Source: Blepharisma stoltei ATCC 30299
Taxonomy: Eukaryota > Protista > Ciliophora
Reading direction: 5' to 3'
Length of the DNA: 64,000 nt
Assembly (NCBI GenBank): GCA_965603825.1
Contig: CBFDEM010000009.1
Span: 434,001-498,000, forward strand
Below are positions 1-11,794 of the stretch, piece after piece (within the stretch, counting starts at the first letter, position 1; each line of letters opens with the position of its first letter). The position numbers and the translations under genes were made by a program. The notes under the pieces were generated by a model that saw only the letters and a list, made by a program, of their open reading frames with translations, did not search any database and was not told the DNA's origin.

Positions 1-167
1 AAACTGGCTAAATTCGGAAATTTATTTGCGGTAAAATTCAGATTTTCTTTTATATCATGCAAACTCGGATAATTATCATATGATTCCCCACTCAGTGTCC
101 AATTTCAGCTTTTTACAGTCAAAATTAATGCTAAGAATGCTATATATTTTGCCATTTTTGCTTATAA

Positions 168-3100
168 TTAAAGTTTGGTATATTTTTTAATTTTAGATAA
201 AGCAACGTTTCTGCCTGTAAAATACTGATATTGATAATAAGCTTGATATACAAACATTGTGAGGGCACTTATTCTTAATGAGCCAGCAATTGTAGCTTGT
301 CTTGATATGTAGGTTTCTGGAGGAAAATAGGCAGCTTCTAAAATAACTGTGGCTGGATTTAGCCAGGGGAGGTCAACTTCTGCGATTCCTGGCAGCGTAC
401 TTATGATTAGCTCAGCGCCACTTGCCAAATTTAAATTTGTAGTTTTATTAGGCCAGTTTATGCCTTGTAGCCTTGCTTCTGATCTATTCCATATCCATAT
501 TTCTCTAACTTTCAGCTTCCTTAATGCATATAATGCTGCTTTGCAAGTCCCTCCAGCTCCTAAAATCACAGCTTTCTCAAATTTTCTACCCAGCTCGACA
601 ATTGGACAATAAATTCCAAGCCAATCAGTATTATCCCCTATCAGTTTTCCATTATGCTTCATTAGCGTATTAACAGCTCCTAATTCTTTTGCATCATCAG
701 TCAAAAAATCTAAATACTGCATTATTTCTTCTTTAAATGGAATAGTGACTGAGCCTCCTAAGCACTCTCTGCTTTTTATCATATGAATAATTGGCTCTAA
801 TGCCTGGGTTTCCATAACTGAGTAATTATAAGGAATTTTTTTTTCTTCAAAAATCGAATTAAATAGAAAAGGGCTTGGCGATTTTTTTACATCATTTCCA
901 ATTACGTAAAATTTAAATAGACTAGGAGAAATATTAAGCGAAAATTGAAAATTTTGGATTTCTTCAAATGTAAGCTGACCTTCTGCAAGTTTTTCGGATA
1001 ATGATACATAATTGGTAGAGGCGTTTTGGACTCTGGTGATGATATTTTCTTTTCCCATTGTAAAATGGATTGTTCTTTGGAAGCCTGGGGAGGGGAGTTT
1101 TTCAAAGCTTGGGGAGATGAATTTGAGGATGTCTGGTTTGGTTTGGGTCATCATATAGTGGATTTCTTTTAAGTTTTCTGTATTATGGCTATGATAAGAA
1201 AGGATTATTCGAGGGGATATGCATTTTTGTAGGAATTCATTATAATTGTGTTTTCAATCTATAGTTGGGGCGAATTCTACGTCAATAAAGTCTGGGGACC
1301 ATGATATAATTTTATGAAGAATTTTCCAATAGTCGTTTCCATTATATTTTCCACCTTGCTGGGCTGTCCTTAAGGTTAGGATAATTTGGAGAGAGTCTGA
1401 TATTTCTCTGATGCAGCTTAATAGCTGTAAAGCTTCTTTTAAGCTAGATAAACAGTCAATGCGTATCTCATAGCCTGCTATATTGCTATTATTTCTGATA
1501 TATTCAGAAAGCTTACCATTGCTAAAGCTTGATATGCAGCCAAAGTAGCTAAAATCATTAGGAAGTGGGGCTTTTTCTTCTAAAATTCTTTTGGTGAATG
1601 TTAAAAATGACCCAAAAACCTCGTCTATGTCCCTAAAAAAATAATAGAATTTAAAGTCATGGACTTGCTTGTATAATGGTTTCCTAAATGCATAAGTTTC
1701 TTCTATATCTCCTGAAATTCTATTTAGATTTTCGTCGTTTTCTATATTTTCAGCGATATTGCTGATGCTTGATTTCATTCATATAACAGGATAAAAAGCT
1801 TTTAAAAGGGTTAAAGATTTAGGATTCTCAATAATCCCACCTCCAGTAGAAATGATGACTCTTTCTTTTCTGATGATTTTACTTAAAGTGGCAAATTCTA
1901 GCTCTCTGAATGCTAGAATTCCATGATTATAAATCCAGTCCCTTAGGCTTTCAACTTTCAAATCATTTGCAATAATTGTATCAATATCAAGGAATTCCCA
2001 TCCAGTTTCTTCTGCGTATTTTCACGCTATAGATGATTTTCCAATTCCTCTCATCCCAATTAAAACAAGACTTTTTGGCTTTTTCCTTTTCTTTTGTGTA
2101 CTTTTATACTCAATTCCACATTCTCTTAGTATTTTCCAGAACTCAGGGAAAGTTTTATTTACAACATTTTTTCTTTTTATCACTATTCCTCCTTTTATCA
2201 CAGTTGACAGCACCCCAAAAGCCATGGCAATTCTATGGTCATCATAAGTCTCAATTTCATAATTCCCAAACAATAAATCAGCTGAATTTCCATATATTTT
2301 AATCCCATCTTCCAGCTCTTCTGAATAAACCCCTACCTTTTGAAGCCCAGCTATGACTGCTTTAATCCTATTGCATTCTTTTACCCTCTGATTAGCAATT
2401 CCAGTAATTATACTGACTCCTTCTGTGCAAGCCATTATGATAGCTGCAGTAATAAAGGAATCTGTGCATCTATTCATATTCACAGTGACTGGTTTTAGGT
2501 CATTAGGAGTTACTACAATACTGTTGTTATAGCACCTTATCGTAGCCCCCATTGCTTCAATCACGTTTAAAAATTCTAATTCTCCTTGGACTGAATTTAA
2601 ATTTATTCGTGAAATTGTGATAGGCTTTTTATGTAGAACAGATAAAGCAATAAAATATGATAGTGAGCAGGCATCAGGCTCGACGATGAATTCCCCTGGA
2701 CTTTTATACCCAGTTGGGTATATTTTGTACTCTCTATTACTTATTTTTTCAACTTGTGCTCCAAAAATATTCATCACTTTAATAGTCATTTCTATATAAG
2801 AAGCTGAAACTGGCTCTTCGTTTTCGTCTAAATTAGTCAAAATTAGAGTAGTCTCACTTCTAAACAGTGGAGCAGCAATTAAAATTGCTGATACAAATTG
2901 AGAGCTGATTTTACTTTTTAATTCAATTATACCACCATTAAAGCCTCCTCCTTTAACCCTTATAGGGAAATGGTTTTGGTTTTCTATAAACTCTACTCTA
3001 TTTTCAGCATTATTTAAAGCTTCGCTTAAATCAGAAATAGGCCGCTCATTCATCCTAGAAGAGCCTTTAATAACAGTGTCATTTTCTAATAATAAACAAA

Positions 3101-4427
3101 CTGCTGTCAAAAATCTGGCTGCAGTGCCAGCGTTTCCTATATAAATTTCTTTTTCTTGGGGATTATTTTTAGGGATTTTGCCTGTGATTATTCATCCATC
3201 AGCTGTTTTTATATGATCACCTATGCCTAAAGTTTGTAAAGATTTCATCATAACCTTAGTATCGTCGGCTTCTAATGAATTTTTTATTATAGTGGTTCCC
3301 TCTGCTAATGAAGAAATCAATAAGACTCTGTTTGTAATTGATTTAGACCCAGAAACTTCAAGTGAAGCTGAAAAATCAGGAATTCCTTTAGGCCTTATGT
3401 CATCTTCAAGTATACATTTTATTAATTTTGCATCACATTTAAGGGCTTCTGTAGGAATTTTTCCGATTTCTGTAGGGACTAAAATTGGAATTTCTTTTCC
3501 TAGCTTTTTTTTATCTAAGTTCATTTTCATCAGCAGTTTATCTGTATTCATCTTTGGAATTTCTATAGGTAATTCATACTGTTTTAAAATTTCTTTAATT
3601 TCATCAATCTCAATTTCAGTTTTTCCCATCATAAAAGCAGCCTCAATCTCTTTAATTATCCCTACACTGACACAAAATCCATGATTCCAGAACCCATCTA
3701 GTTCTGCTTCTATAGCATGTCCAATTGTATGACCAAAGTTTAAAACTTGTCTTAAGCTCTTATCTAATTCATCTTGAATTACAATGTCAACTTTATGCTG
3801 AATTGACGTACTGATTACTTTTAGTAATAGCTGGGAGTCATTTTTGAGAGAATTTATGGTAGCTGATTTAAGTAGACTGTAAAGATCATGGTCTTTTAGG
3901 ATGCTCATTTTAATTATCTCACTAAATCCAGCTGCCCACATCTCATGTGGCAAGGTGTTTAAAAAGGCAATGTCTATATAAACCGCTCTGGGACGATAAA
4001 TGCGGCCAATTGAATTTTTAGCAAAAGGCGTGTCGACTGCTGTTTTGCCACCGACTGAAGAATCAACCATGGCTAAAAGGGATGTAGGAATTTGGATAAA
4101 ATCAATCCCTCGCATATATGTTGAAGCTAAGAACCCAACTATGTCTCCTACAACTCCTCCGCCAAGGGCAATAAGAGTGCTATTTTTGGTGCAATTTTTT
4201 TGGAATAAAAAGTCTTCAATCTCTGCTTTTGTCTCTCTTGATTTGTGGATTTCTCCGGATTGGATGATGTAGCATGGGCAGTTTGATGAATTAATTCATT
4301 CCTTGTAATAATGGTAAATATTTGAGTCTGTAATAATGAATAATTCTTGATTCTGGTCTCTTAGCTGATTTAAATCGAGATAGCTTATCCCAAGATGAAT
4401 CTTGTAAGATTGACAAGAAATATCCAT
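168..4427 (-). CDS. ARO1: Pentafunctional AROM polypeptide (DHQ synthase, EPSP synthase, shikimate kinase, type I DHQase, shikimate dehydrogenase), ~1419 aa, intronless
   Basis: Five track ORFs lie in one frame and are joined by in-frame TGA (4296, 3192, 2022, 1779, 1254). Motifs: GGGVVGD/PTSLLAMVDSSVGGKT; GSKSITNR/GNAGTAARFL/QRVKECNR/DDHRIAM; GMRGIGKS; EIRID/LRTAQQGG; SVTIPFK/AVNT/NTDWLG/GAGG. ATG at 4427, TAA at 168. Confidence 0.96.
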
Positions 4428-4829
4428 ATTTTTATGCTGATCATACAAGATTTTCAACACATCTTTAAATCTCTAACGCCACATAATATTATTGCAAATG
4501 CATCAATTTTAATGCAAACGCAGCATTTCTTAAGGTTCTTTTAACTTATTTTTGACTTTAGTGTAGAAAATCTTAGATCTTAAAGCTCATCATTGCGAGC
4601 AATAGAAGTTAAGGAGGCAGATTTAATTAAGAATAGAATAGATCGATAGATTGCGAATAGTTATACGAGTTATGACTTTTTAATCGTACCAAAACACAAT
4701 AAGTGATCATTTAAGCTATTCCAAGAAATTCTAAATTTCTTTCTGTTAAATTGAATTCTCACGAGTTTTCGAATCGATTTAAGACTTAGTTATAGAAAGC
4801 TTTTGAATTATTAAAGTTAAATCAATAAG

Positions 4830-5752
4830 GGGCTGGCTATAATATAATTGCGCCCAACAGCCGTGGAGCCTGCTTCAAATTTACTCTCCAGGTTTAGTCT
4901 GCTGCATCTAGCTCCTTGAAAATCTGCACATGACGCAAATAGTGCGAGTATTTGCGTCATATGAGGATGACATCCTATTAATTGATAGGACTTACCCTCA
5001 TTTATGCAAAATAGCTGCACTAGTGCAGCTCTCCATCAATGCTCCCACTTCAGAAACTTCCAAAACTTGTGCTTTTTTGCTTAGGAGACACATGCTACCA
5101 ACGAGCTGAATTGGATCATATGATGATCCAAGATTATGGAAAATACTAAAATGGCTATTCATTACTTTTTCTCTGAAAAGATATAAGTTAGTTACATCAG
5201 CATGCATATTATAGGAAGGACTACAGCAGATTATTACTCAAGATCATGTTGCATACTTGATGCATCAAGAGTGATGCTTGTCAAGTGGAATACTATAATT
5301 ATTAATGCTTATTGTTTGAAGCCAAACAATTATTAGCAGTATCTTACCGTAGATGGCGGAGGCTAGCACCTTTAAGGTGCCTGATAAGTAAATTGGAAGG
5401 ATAGTTATCTTAGAGTTGAACATCATTAGTTATTTTTTTGTGATCAATATCAGATATAATCCGATGCTGAAGCGCCCTATGGTGGTAAGAAAAGATAATC
5501 CAGCTCATCAAGAATGGAGTAATTCTGCTTATTCAGCAGCTAGAAGATGAAGGAAGTCGTTTCTCTAATGGTGCATGCAATTCCAGATACTACTAAGCAA
5601 ATAATAAGCACAGCTGCAACAGGTCTTATGTATCTGCTCTCCTGTGTTATTATTGCTTATAATTCCTCATGGAGCTCCAAGATGGCTGAGCCTATTTAAC
5701 TAGAGCTCAGTGAAAAAAATCAATGGCTAGAATTCGTTAAGAATTCTAGACA
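4830..5752 (+). ncRNA. Candidate large structured non-coding RNA or structured leader of unknown family
   Basis: At least 11 stem-loops plus a long-range helix. G-U wobbles favour the + strand. No convincing ORF, and visibly more GC-rich than other intergenic DNA here. Confidence 0.5.
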
Positions 5753-5798
5753 TTTTATTTATTAAATATTGAATTATTACGCTACGCAATAATAAATA

Positions 5799-6185
5799 AT
5801 GACTAAGGGTAAAAAGATAAACCACGGTAGGTGGACTGATTCTGAGCACCAAAGATACGAAGAAGCTTTAAAAATGGGTCTTAGCTGGAAAAAGCTAGCG
5901 AAAGTTGTTGCCAGTAGAACGATTCAACAATGCAGATCCCATCATCAAAAGATGAAAATAAATCCAACTAGCAACCGAATTGCTAAAATAGGCATCACTA
6001 TGTAAGATTCACTTAGGATTGATGCATGTACTCAATATGAAATCCCAATGGCAGAGCATATATTTCGCGCTTCCGAACTTACTTTAAATAACGTCGAAAG
6101 GTTGTTTAAATCATTTGGATATCTTAGTGAAGAAGGTTTTGAGGCAACCATGTACCTAAGTGATGCTTTACCTAAAGGCATTTAA
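5799..6185 (+). CDS. Small single-repeat Myb/SANT (SHAQK-like) transcription factor; 15-nt intron 6002-6016
   Basis: GRWTDSEH...W..LA..V.SRT.QQCRSHHQK. Removing intron GTAAGATTCACTTAG eliminates the stop and extends the ORF to TAA 6185. Confidence 0.9.
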
Positions 6186-6222
6186 CTTAAAATAACTAAA
6201 AAAATATTTTAACAATATCGGC

Positions 6223-6580
6223 TTATTTCACACAAAATTCCGGTAAGGCTTCAGTATAATACACTCCTGACTCATAAGATACAGATACATCGGTTGACGG
6301 AGAAGAGACCTCATATTTTGGCTCATCTGGCCTTACATACTCCCAGGATAACGAATCCAACTGAGACTCATACTGAGTGCTTTTATCTTTCCTGAAATAA
6401 ATCTTACATTTTTGATGGTAATTTGCGGACCTTCATTTTTTGGTGATGCGATCGGCATTGAGTTTCTGATCGAGTACCAACTCTTCGCGCGACCTCTTTC
6501 CAAGAAAGGCCTTCTTTTACAGCTTCTTCGTACGTTTTATGCTCTTCATCTGACCATTTGCCAGCTGCAATTGCTTTCAT
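6223..6580 (-). CDS. Second small Myb/SANT paralog (113 aa), missed by the ORF track; 16-nt intron 6392-6407
   Basis: MKAIAAGKWSDEEHKTYEEAVKEGLSWKEVARRVGTRSETQCRSHHQK. The intron sits at the same AT|G position as in the paralog, and both genes share TQYE downstream. Confidence 0.9.
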
Positions 6581-7550
6581 TATCTAAATATTTATTTCAA
6601 ATTGAAGAGAAGTAAATGGCTTAATTTGAAGATCGACATTTAAATTATAATAAAAATTTCGTGAATTAAAAAAAAATTTAGACCATTCATTTTTATTAAA
6701 ACAGCAATATTCGAAGATGAGAACCTTCAGCATGAATTTAGCATAAAATTAAGTAGATTCATAGACAAATGATCTTCTTCTTCAATTAAGGATTTTGTGA
6801 AGCTAAAATTTAGTCTATAAATTATAAATGATCAAACAATAACTTGCGAAAATTTCGAAATAATACTTAGAAGGAATTTTTTCTGGACAGGATAGGAAGT
6901 CTAATTATTAAGATCGATTACCATAATTAAATAGTTTAAATTGATTCATTTGAAGTTTATGAGATTCACAAAACCAAAGTTGATCAACACTGACATAGAA
7001 ATTTTATATTCAATATACTCTTAGTCATATGTTTAATAAACCTCAATGTTTAAAATTGAAACAAAAATGATAAAATTATCATTTTAGATGCCACTTTTAA
7101 AAATAATCATAATTTCTTATCAAAATGTCAACAATAGTCAAATCATTAATATGACTCTTATGCAGACTATTTATAAATAATTACAAAGCCATCTATTTTT
7201 AGTTCATAATTTTAATACCCAAGTTAATTCTTAAACAGACTCTAAAGACTTTTATAATAATTTTATAAATTTTCTAAATAAAAAAATATTAATATTTTCT
7301 GATTTCTGAACCAATTATGAATAAAAGGAAAACAATTTTCAGCTTTTATGAAGAATAAGATGAAACTTTATATGTATTATTATTCTTTAAAAGGTTTAAA
7401 AGGATAAAAAAAGCATTCAAAATTTTTAACAAAAATCATTTTAATAATTATAAAATTATTTGCTGCTAATCTATTTGATTTTATACATAAATAGGCTTGA
7501 TATTTAAATGACTATATTTAGGCAAAAGACTTATAATTATCGAAGAAATA

Positions 7551-10483
7551 TTAATGTAGATGGAAAATCGCATTCAAATAATCCCATCTCTTGAGCATTC
7601 CTGCTGATTTGGCTTCAATAGCTTCAATATAAATAGCTTTTGAGTTCTTTTCCTTTATTATAAGTAAACAGCTATGCAAGCTTTCTTTAAATGGCCCTTC
7701 TGGCTGTGATAAATAGGTCGCTACAACCTTTCTAATTACCTCTTTGAAATTCCCCAATAACTCTTCTTCAAATTTCTCATAATAATCATGCGAAATCGGA
7801 TTTTTCACATTTAAAATATCAAAAACCACCACTGGAAGGCACTGTAACAAGTCTTGTAGCACTAAAGTTGAGCTCAACTGAATATTTTCATTAGGGTTTT
7901 CAAAAAATTCTAAAAATTTAGCTGTTAATGCTGGAAGAATTTCTTTATTTTTGTATACAAATCCGCTTAAAAAGTCAGGTTTTTCCAACACAATGTTTTT
8001 TAATGTCTCTAATTGGATATGAAGCTCTTCTAAAGATTTAGCAACAACTTCTAAATTTGAGTCCGATAATGATTGATAAAGACCCCAAGTTAGCTTTTTA
8101 TGGGCTGTTGAGACCCCAAATAAGCTTAGCATTTCTAGCACTTCTAATCTTAATGATGATTTTAATTCCTTATTAGGGCAATCACCCAATAAACAGCTAG
8201 CCAGGATAGTCTTCACAATTTTTTCCGAGTCAAAAAATGAATATTTTGCTAGTGTCAAAATTTCTCTATGAATGCTAAAAAGTCTTTCAGATTTTGATAC
8301 TATTTTCATGATATTTAACGCTTGGTCAATAATCAGCTTACAATCAGTCAGTTCATGAAATGAATCGACTTTATGCACTGCTACTACAAAAATTTGCCAC
8401 TAAATATGCATTACATTTTGATCTAAAGGATGCCAATATTCCATGTTTGAATTTTCTAGCTGCTTTAATATATTTGTAAAAGCTGCCAAAAAGTTTGACT
8501 GAGAGCCTATACTTTTAGTTCTGGTTTCTTCATAAGCTGTAATATTTATAATAGAAGATAAAATTTTGTTCCCAAGCTTATCATTTGGCTCCTTTCTGCT
8601 CATTGACTCTGCCTTTAAAATCATTTTTATTAGAGTTTCTATATGGTTTGTCAGCTCTGAAACATTGCCAAGTTCTTGTATTTTTTCAGATAAATTTGTG
8701 ACTAGGGTGTCAAGGACTTCTAAAAAGTCTTGGATTTGGCTTGGGACAATAAATGGTAATAGTCTTTGTAAGGAATCTATTAGAGGGTCTATATGCCTGG
8801 ATAGTCTTGATAATCCTCTATCAGGTGGCAATGCTTCAATTACTCCTTCTAATAAATTTTTTAATGCTTTTAGAGCTCCTTCATGCATTTTGTCTTGATC
8901 TTCTTGAAAATCTCCCTGAAAACAGTTAAAAATTGTCTTAAAACATATATATGAAGACTGAGAAGGCTGTCGATCACTTACCTTACCATTAAAGCAGCAA
9001 GAACTTGAGGCATATAGCTATCAGTATTAACATATCTCCCTACCAGTTTTATAGCAGTTTGTAAATTTTCTATCACTTTTGGATTGGAATTCATAATTAA
9101 TGCTTTATAGATACACGATAAAAATTTGTCTAAATGCTGAGTAATATAATCTTCAGTAAAAATTATAAGACAGACCAATAAATTTGACGAATAAAGCCTT
9201 GATGATGCAATCCAATCACCTAGTTCAGCGAAAATTGCATTTAGATAACGCCGGACGTATTGACGAAAATACAGCCTAGCCCCTAATCTAGGTCTTTTCG
9301 CAAATGGTTCTGGTAACGGCAGATAAGTCATAATTCCATCACAAGTTCACGGTTCTTGGAATCCCAGCTGTCTTATTTCTCTGATTTCTTTTTCTTTTTC
9401 CTCTTCATACTTTTGGCCTATAGCTTCAATTTGTGCAAAAGTATTTTCCCTTATCCCAGGAATAGGATCAAAAAGACCTGATAATAAATATGGTATAAGT
9501 CTGGTTTCTAGATCATATTTGTCAGGTAAATTTAATAGCCAGTCAGAAATGACATTCAAAAATGTTTCTCTTACATGGGCTGATCTGTCATTAATAAGCA
9601 TTGCTAAATAATTCAGCTTGGCGCTTGGCTCATAAAAGTCTTTTATAGGCACCACATTTGGGTCTCTAAACCCTATCAACCCTTCTACAATGGTAGCGTT
9701 ATATTTAAAAACTCCAATATACATTACTACCCTTAGTGCCTCTAAGCTCGCACATCTGACTTTTCAGCTTTTATGGACTATAGCTGTATATAAGCTTCTC
9801 GCTAAAGGTTCACTGTAATGGAAAAGAAGCTCTTTGGCTTTGGCCGCCAAAAATTCCATTGTTTTGCATGAGGTTATGATCACTTCGCCGTTGTTAGGGT
9901 CCATACAAAGAATTCGTATGACAGAAGTCAATTCTTGGACATAAGGGGAAAGGCTTCTGACTGATGTTTTTTCTGTGATGACTTGGATGAATTTCGCGAG
10001 GAGGATTCTTAGCTCTTCTGAAGGTTCTTTAGGGGATTTTACAACTTGTGGACGCTGTGATGGATTAGGCCGCATAACTTCAGGGAGGTTTTGAATGCCT
10101 TCGATATCATAAGCATCGAGTCTTTCTACTAAAACAGGGAAAATATAAGCTAAAAATTCATCAGGCTCTACACATCTTCCAATTAAACTAAATAACCCCT
10201 ACCTGCTCAAAATTTCAATAGCAATTTCCCTGCACTTTTCTTTTGAATCAGCAAAACAATGCAAAATAGGCTTGATTAGTTCAGGTAAAATTTCCTGTAT
10301 GACATCTGAATATTCCTTACATGGAGGGATTTTTGAAGACATAAGGCTTGTTTTTATCGAATTTAAACTTGCCAAGCGGATGTTCTGGCTGCTGTCTTTT
10401 AGCCCGTTTATATCTTTTTGATGGAATTGCAATAAATCCTGCATAGGCGGTACTTGAGAGGAATAGACGACTTCTTCAGACAT
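7551..10483 (-). CDS. DNAAF5: HEAT-repeat dynein axonemal assembly factor 5 (HEATR2)-like
   Basis: Six ORFs joined by 15-nt introns (10188-10202, 8400-8414), TGA-Trp (9764, 9347) and one atypical intron with its donor at 8986. Motifs: EPSEELR, WLL.LPD....RLIPYLLSGL.D, RPRLGAR. Confidence 0.8.
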
Positions 10484-11089
10484 TTATAAAAGAGTTAATT
10501 TATTATACATGCTGTTTTTTGGAGTAATTTCAAATGGGTATTCTTCAGTGCCAACTCGAGATGGGTTGATGCTGCTTTTTAATGACTCGTCACGTCCTGG
10601 ACTGCTGGCTTCAGGTACTGTAAATAATGACCCTGATTTTTTAAATAAAACTTGGAGATGGTTGGGATATTGCTGGCGCTTTATTTCTTTTTCATATTTA
10701 AGGTCTTGGAAGCTTGAAATAAGTATTGGACTTATCTTTATAAGGTGCTTTCCAAAAACTCGGGCACGGTATTTCAGGTCTCTAATATAATAAATATCAT
10801 AGCTTCCAGCCTCAGCTGGCAAATAAACTCTTGTAACACCTGACGTATTTCCTTGGTCCCTCACAATTTTGTATCTTTTTATTAATTACTTTTTTGTTTC
10901 AGGTGATATTGTTTCTCCTGATTTCGTAATTTTGAGGTAGTCATTATCTAATATTGTTGTTCTGTCCACTTGAATAAATACATCTGTCCACAGCAAATCT
11001 CCAGCAGATTCAATATTACTATGACGAAACTCAATGGCTGGATCTGCAGAAAGGCAACACCAGAAAGAAGAAAAATTGCAGTTGCTCAT
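10484..11089 (-). CDS. Hypothetical protein (~196 aa); 15-nt intron 10875-10889
   Basis: Two same-frame ORFs joined by intron GTAATTAATAAAAAG. Confidence 0.7.
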
Positions 11090-11794
11090 ATTATTTCAAT
11101 CTCTGGTTTTAAGAAAAAAGGATAAATGTATGTTATAAATTTAGAGATATTGTATTTTTTATGAAATTTAAGGGTTTTAGGGGTCAATTTGTGAGTTGTT
11201 ATATGGTAGAATTTTATTTTAAATTTTTCTTAATTTATAATGTGTGTTGTTTCAATAGGAATTTTTTTAATTTTGAACAAAAATTGTAATTATGTTGTCG
11301 ATCTAATAAAAATAGAAGATTAATTAGGCTCAAGAAAGTGCTTTTTTTATTAATTTAAAGTTCGCAGGTAAAGTAATATTTTAGCTAAATAATGTGTAAA
11401 TGATATTATTTTGTAACGATATTAGGCTTTTTAATAAAATCTCATTATGAATTTAAATACTTAAATCTCTAATTAACTAATTTCAAGTTATCCTAAGAGC
11501 TAAAGTGAGAAGAAAGGAAAAATTTATAATGTATTATTAAAAAAGAAGCCTTATGATTTGAATGCAGATTTTAAAGATAAGCTTCCTAGTATGTTTCAAA
11601 TAATATCTATGACACATTATGGGAAAATTATATAATTTATATTAAAAATCTCATTGATTTTCTTGTTATCATTAATTTTCATATATTATAGCGCTCAATA
11701 TAAACTAAATCCCCTTAATCTCCACAAAAATTTCTGCTCACTTTTCCATCCCTATCCTAATCTTTTATTATATGAAAATAATTTACGGGCCAAA

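Noticed and set aside
168-4427. Bacterial-style aro operon of five genes, or a pseudogene with nonsense mutations
   Set aside because: All pieces are in one frame separated only by TGA, which is Trp throughout the window.
4817-5207. Two short minus-strand ORFs
   Set aside because: No recognisable motifs, and they are not extended by the UGA=Trp code. The hairpin structure explains the region better.
4830-5752. Telomerase RNA, RNase P/MRP, U snRNA or CRISPR identity for the structured region
   Set aside because: I found no CCCTAACA-type template, no P4 consensus, no U1/U2/U5/U6 signature and no repeated direct-repeat unit.
11654-11794. Signal-peptide-like extension on eIF3h
   Set aside because: It starts at TTG in AT-rich upstream DNA; homology begins at ATG 11795.
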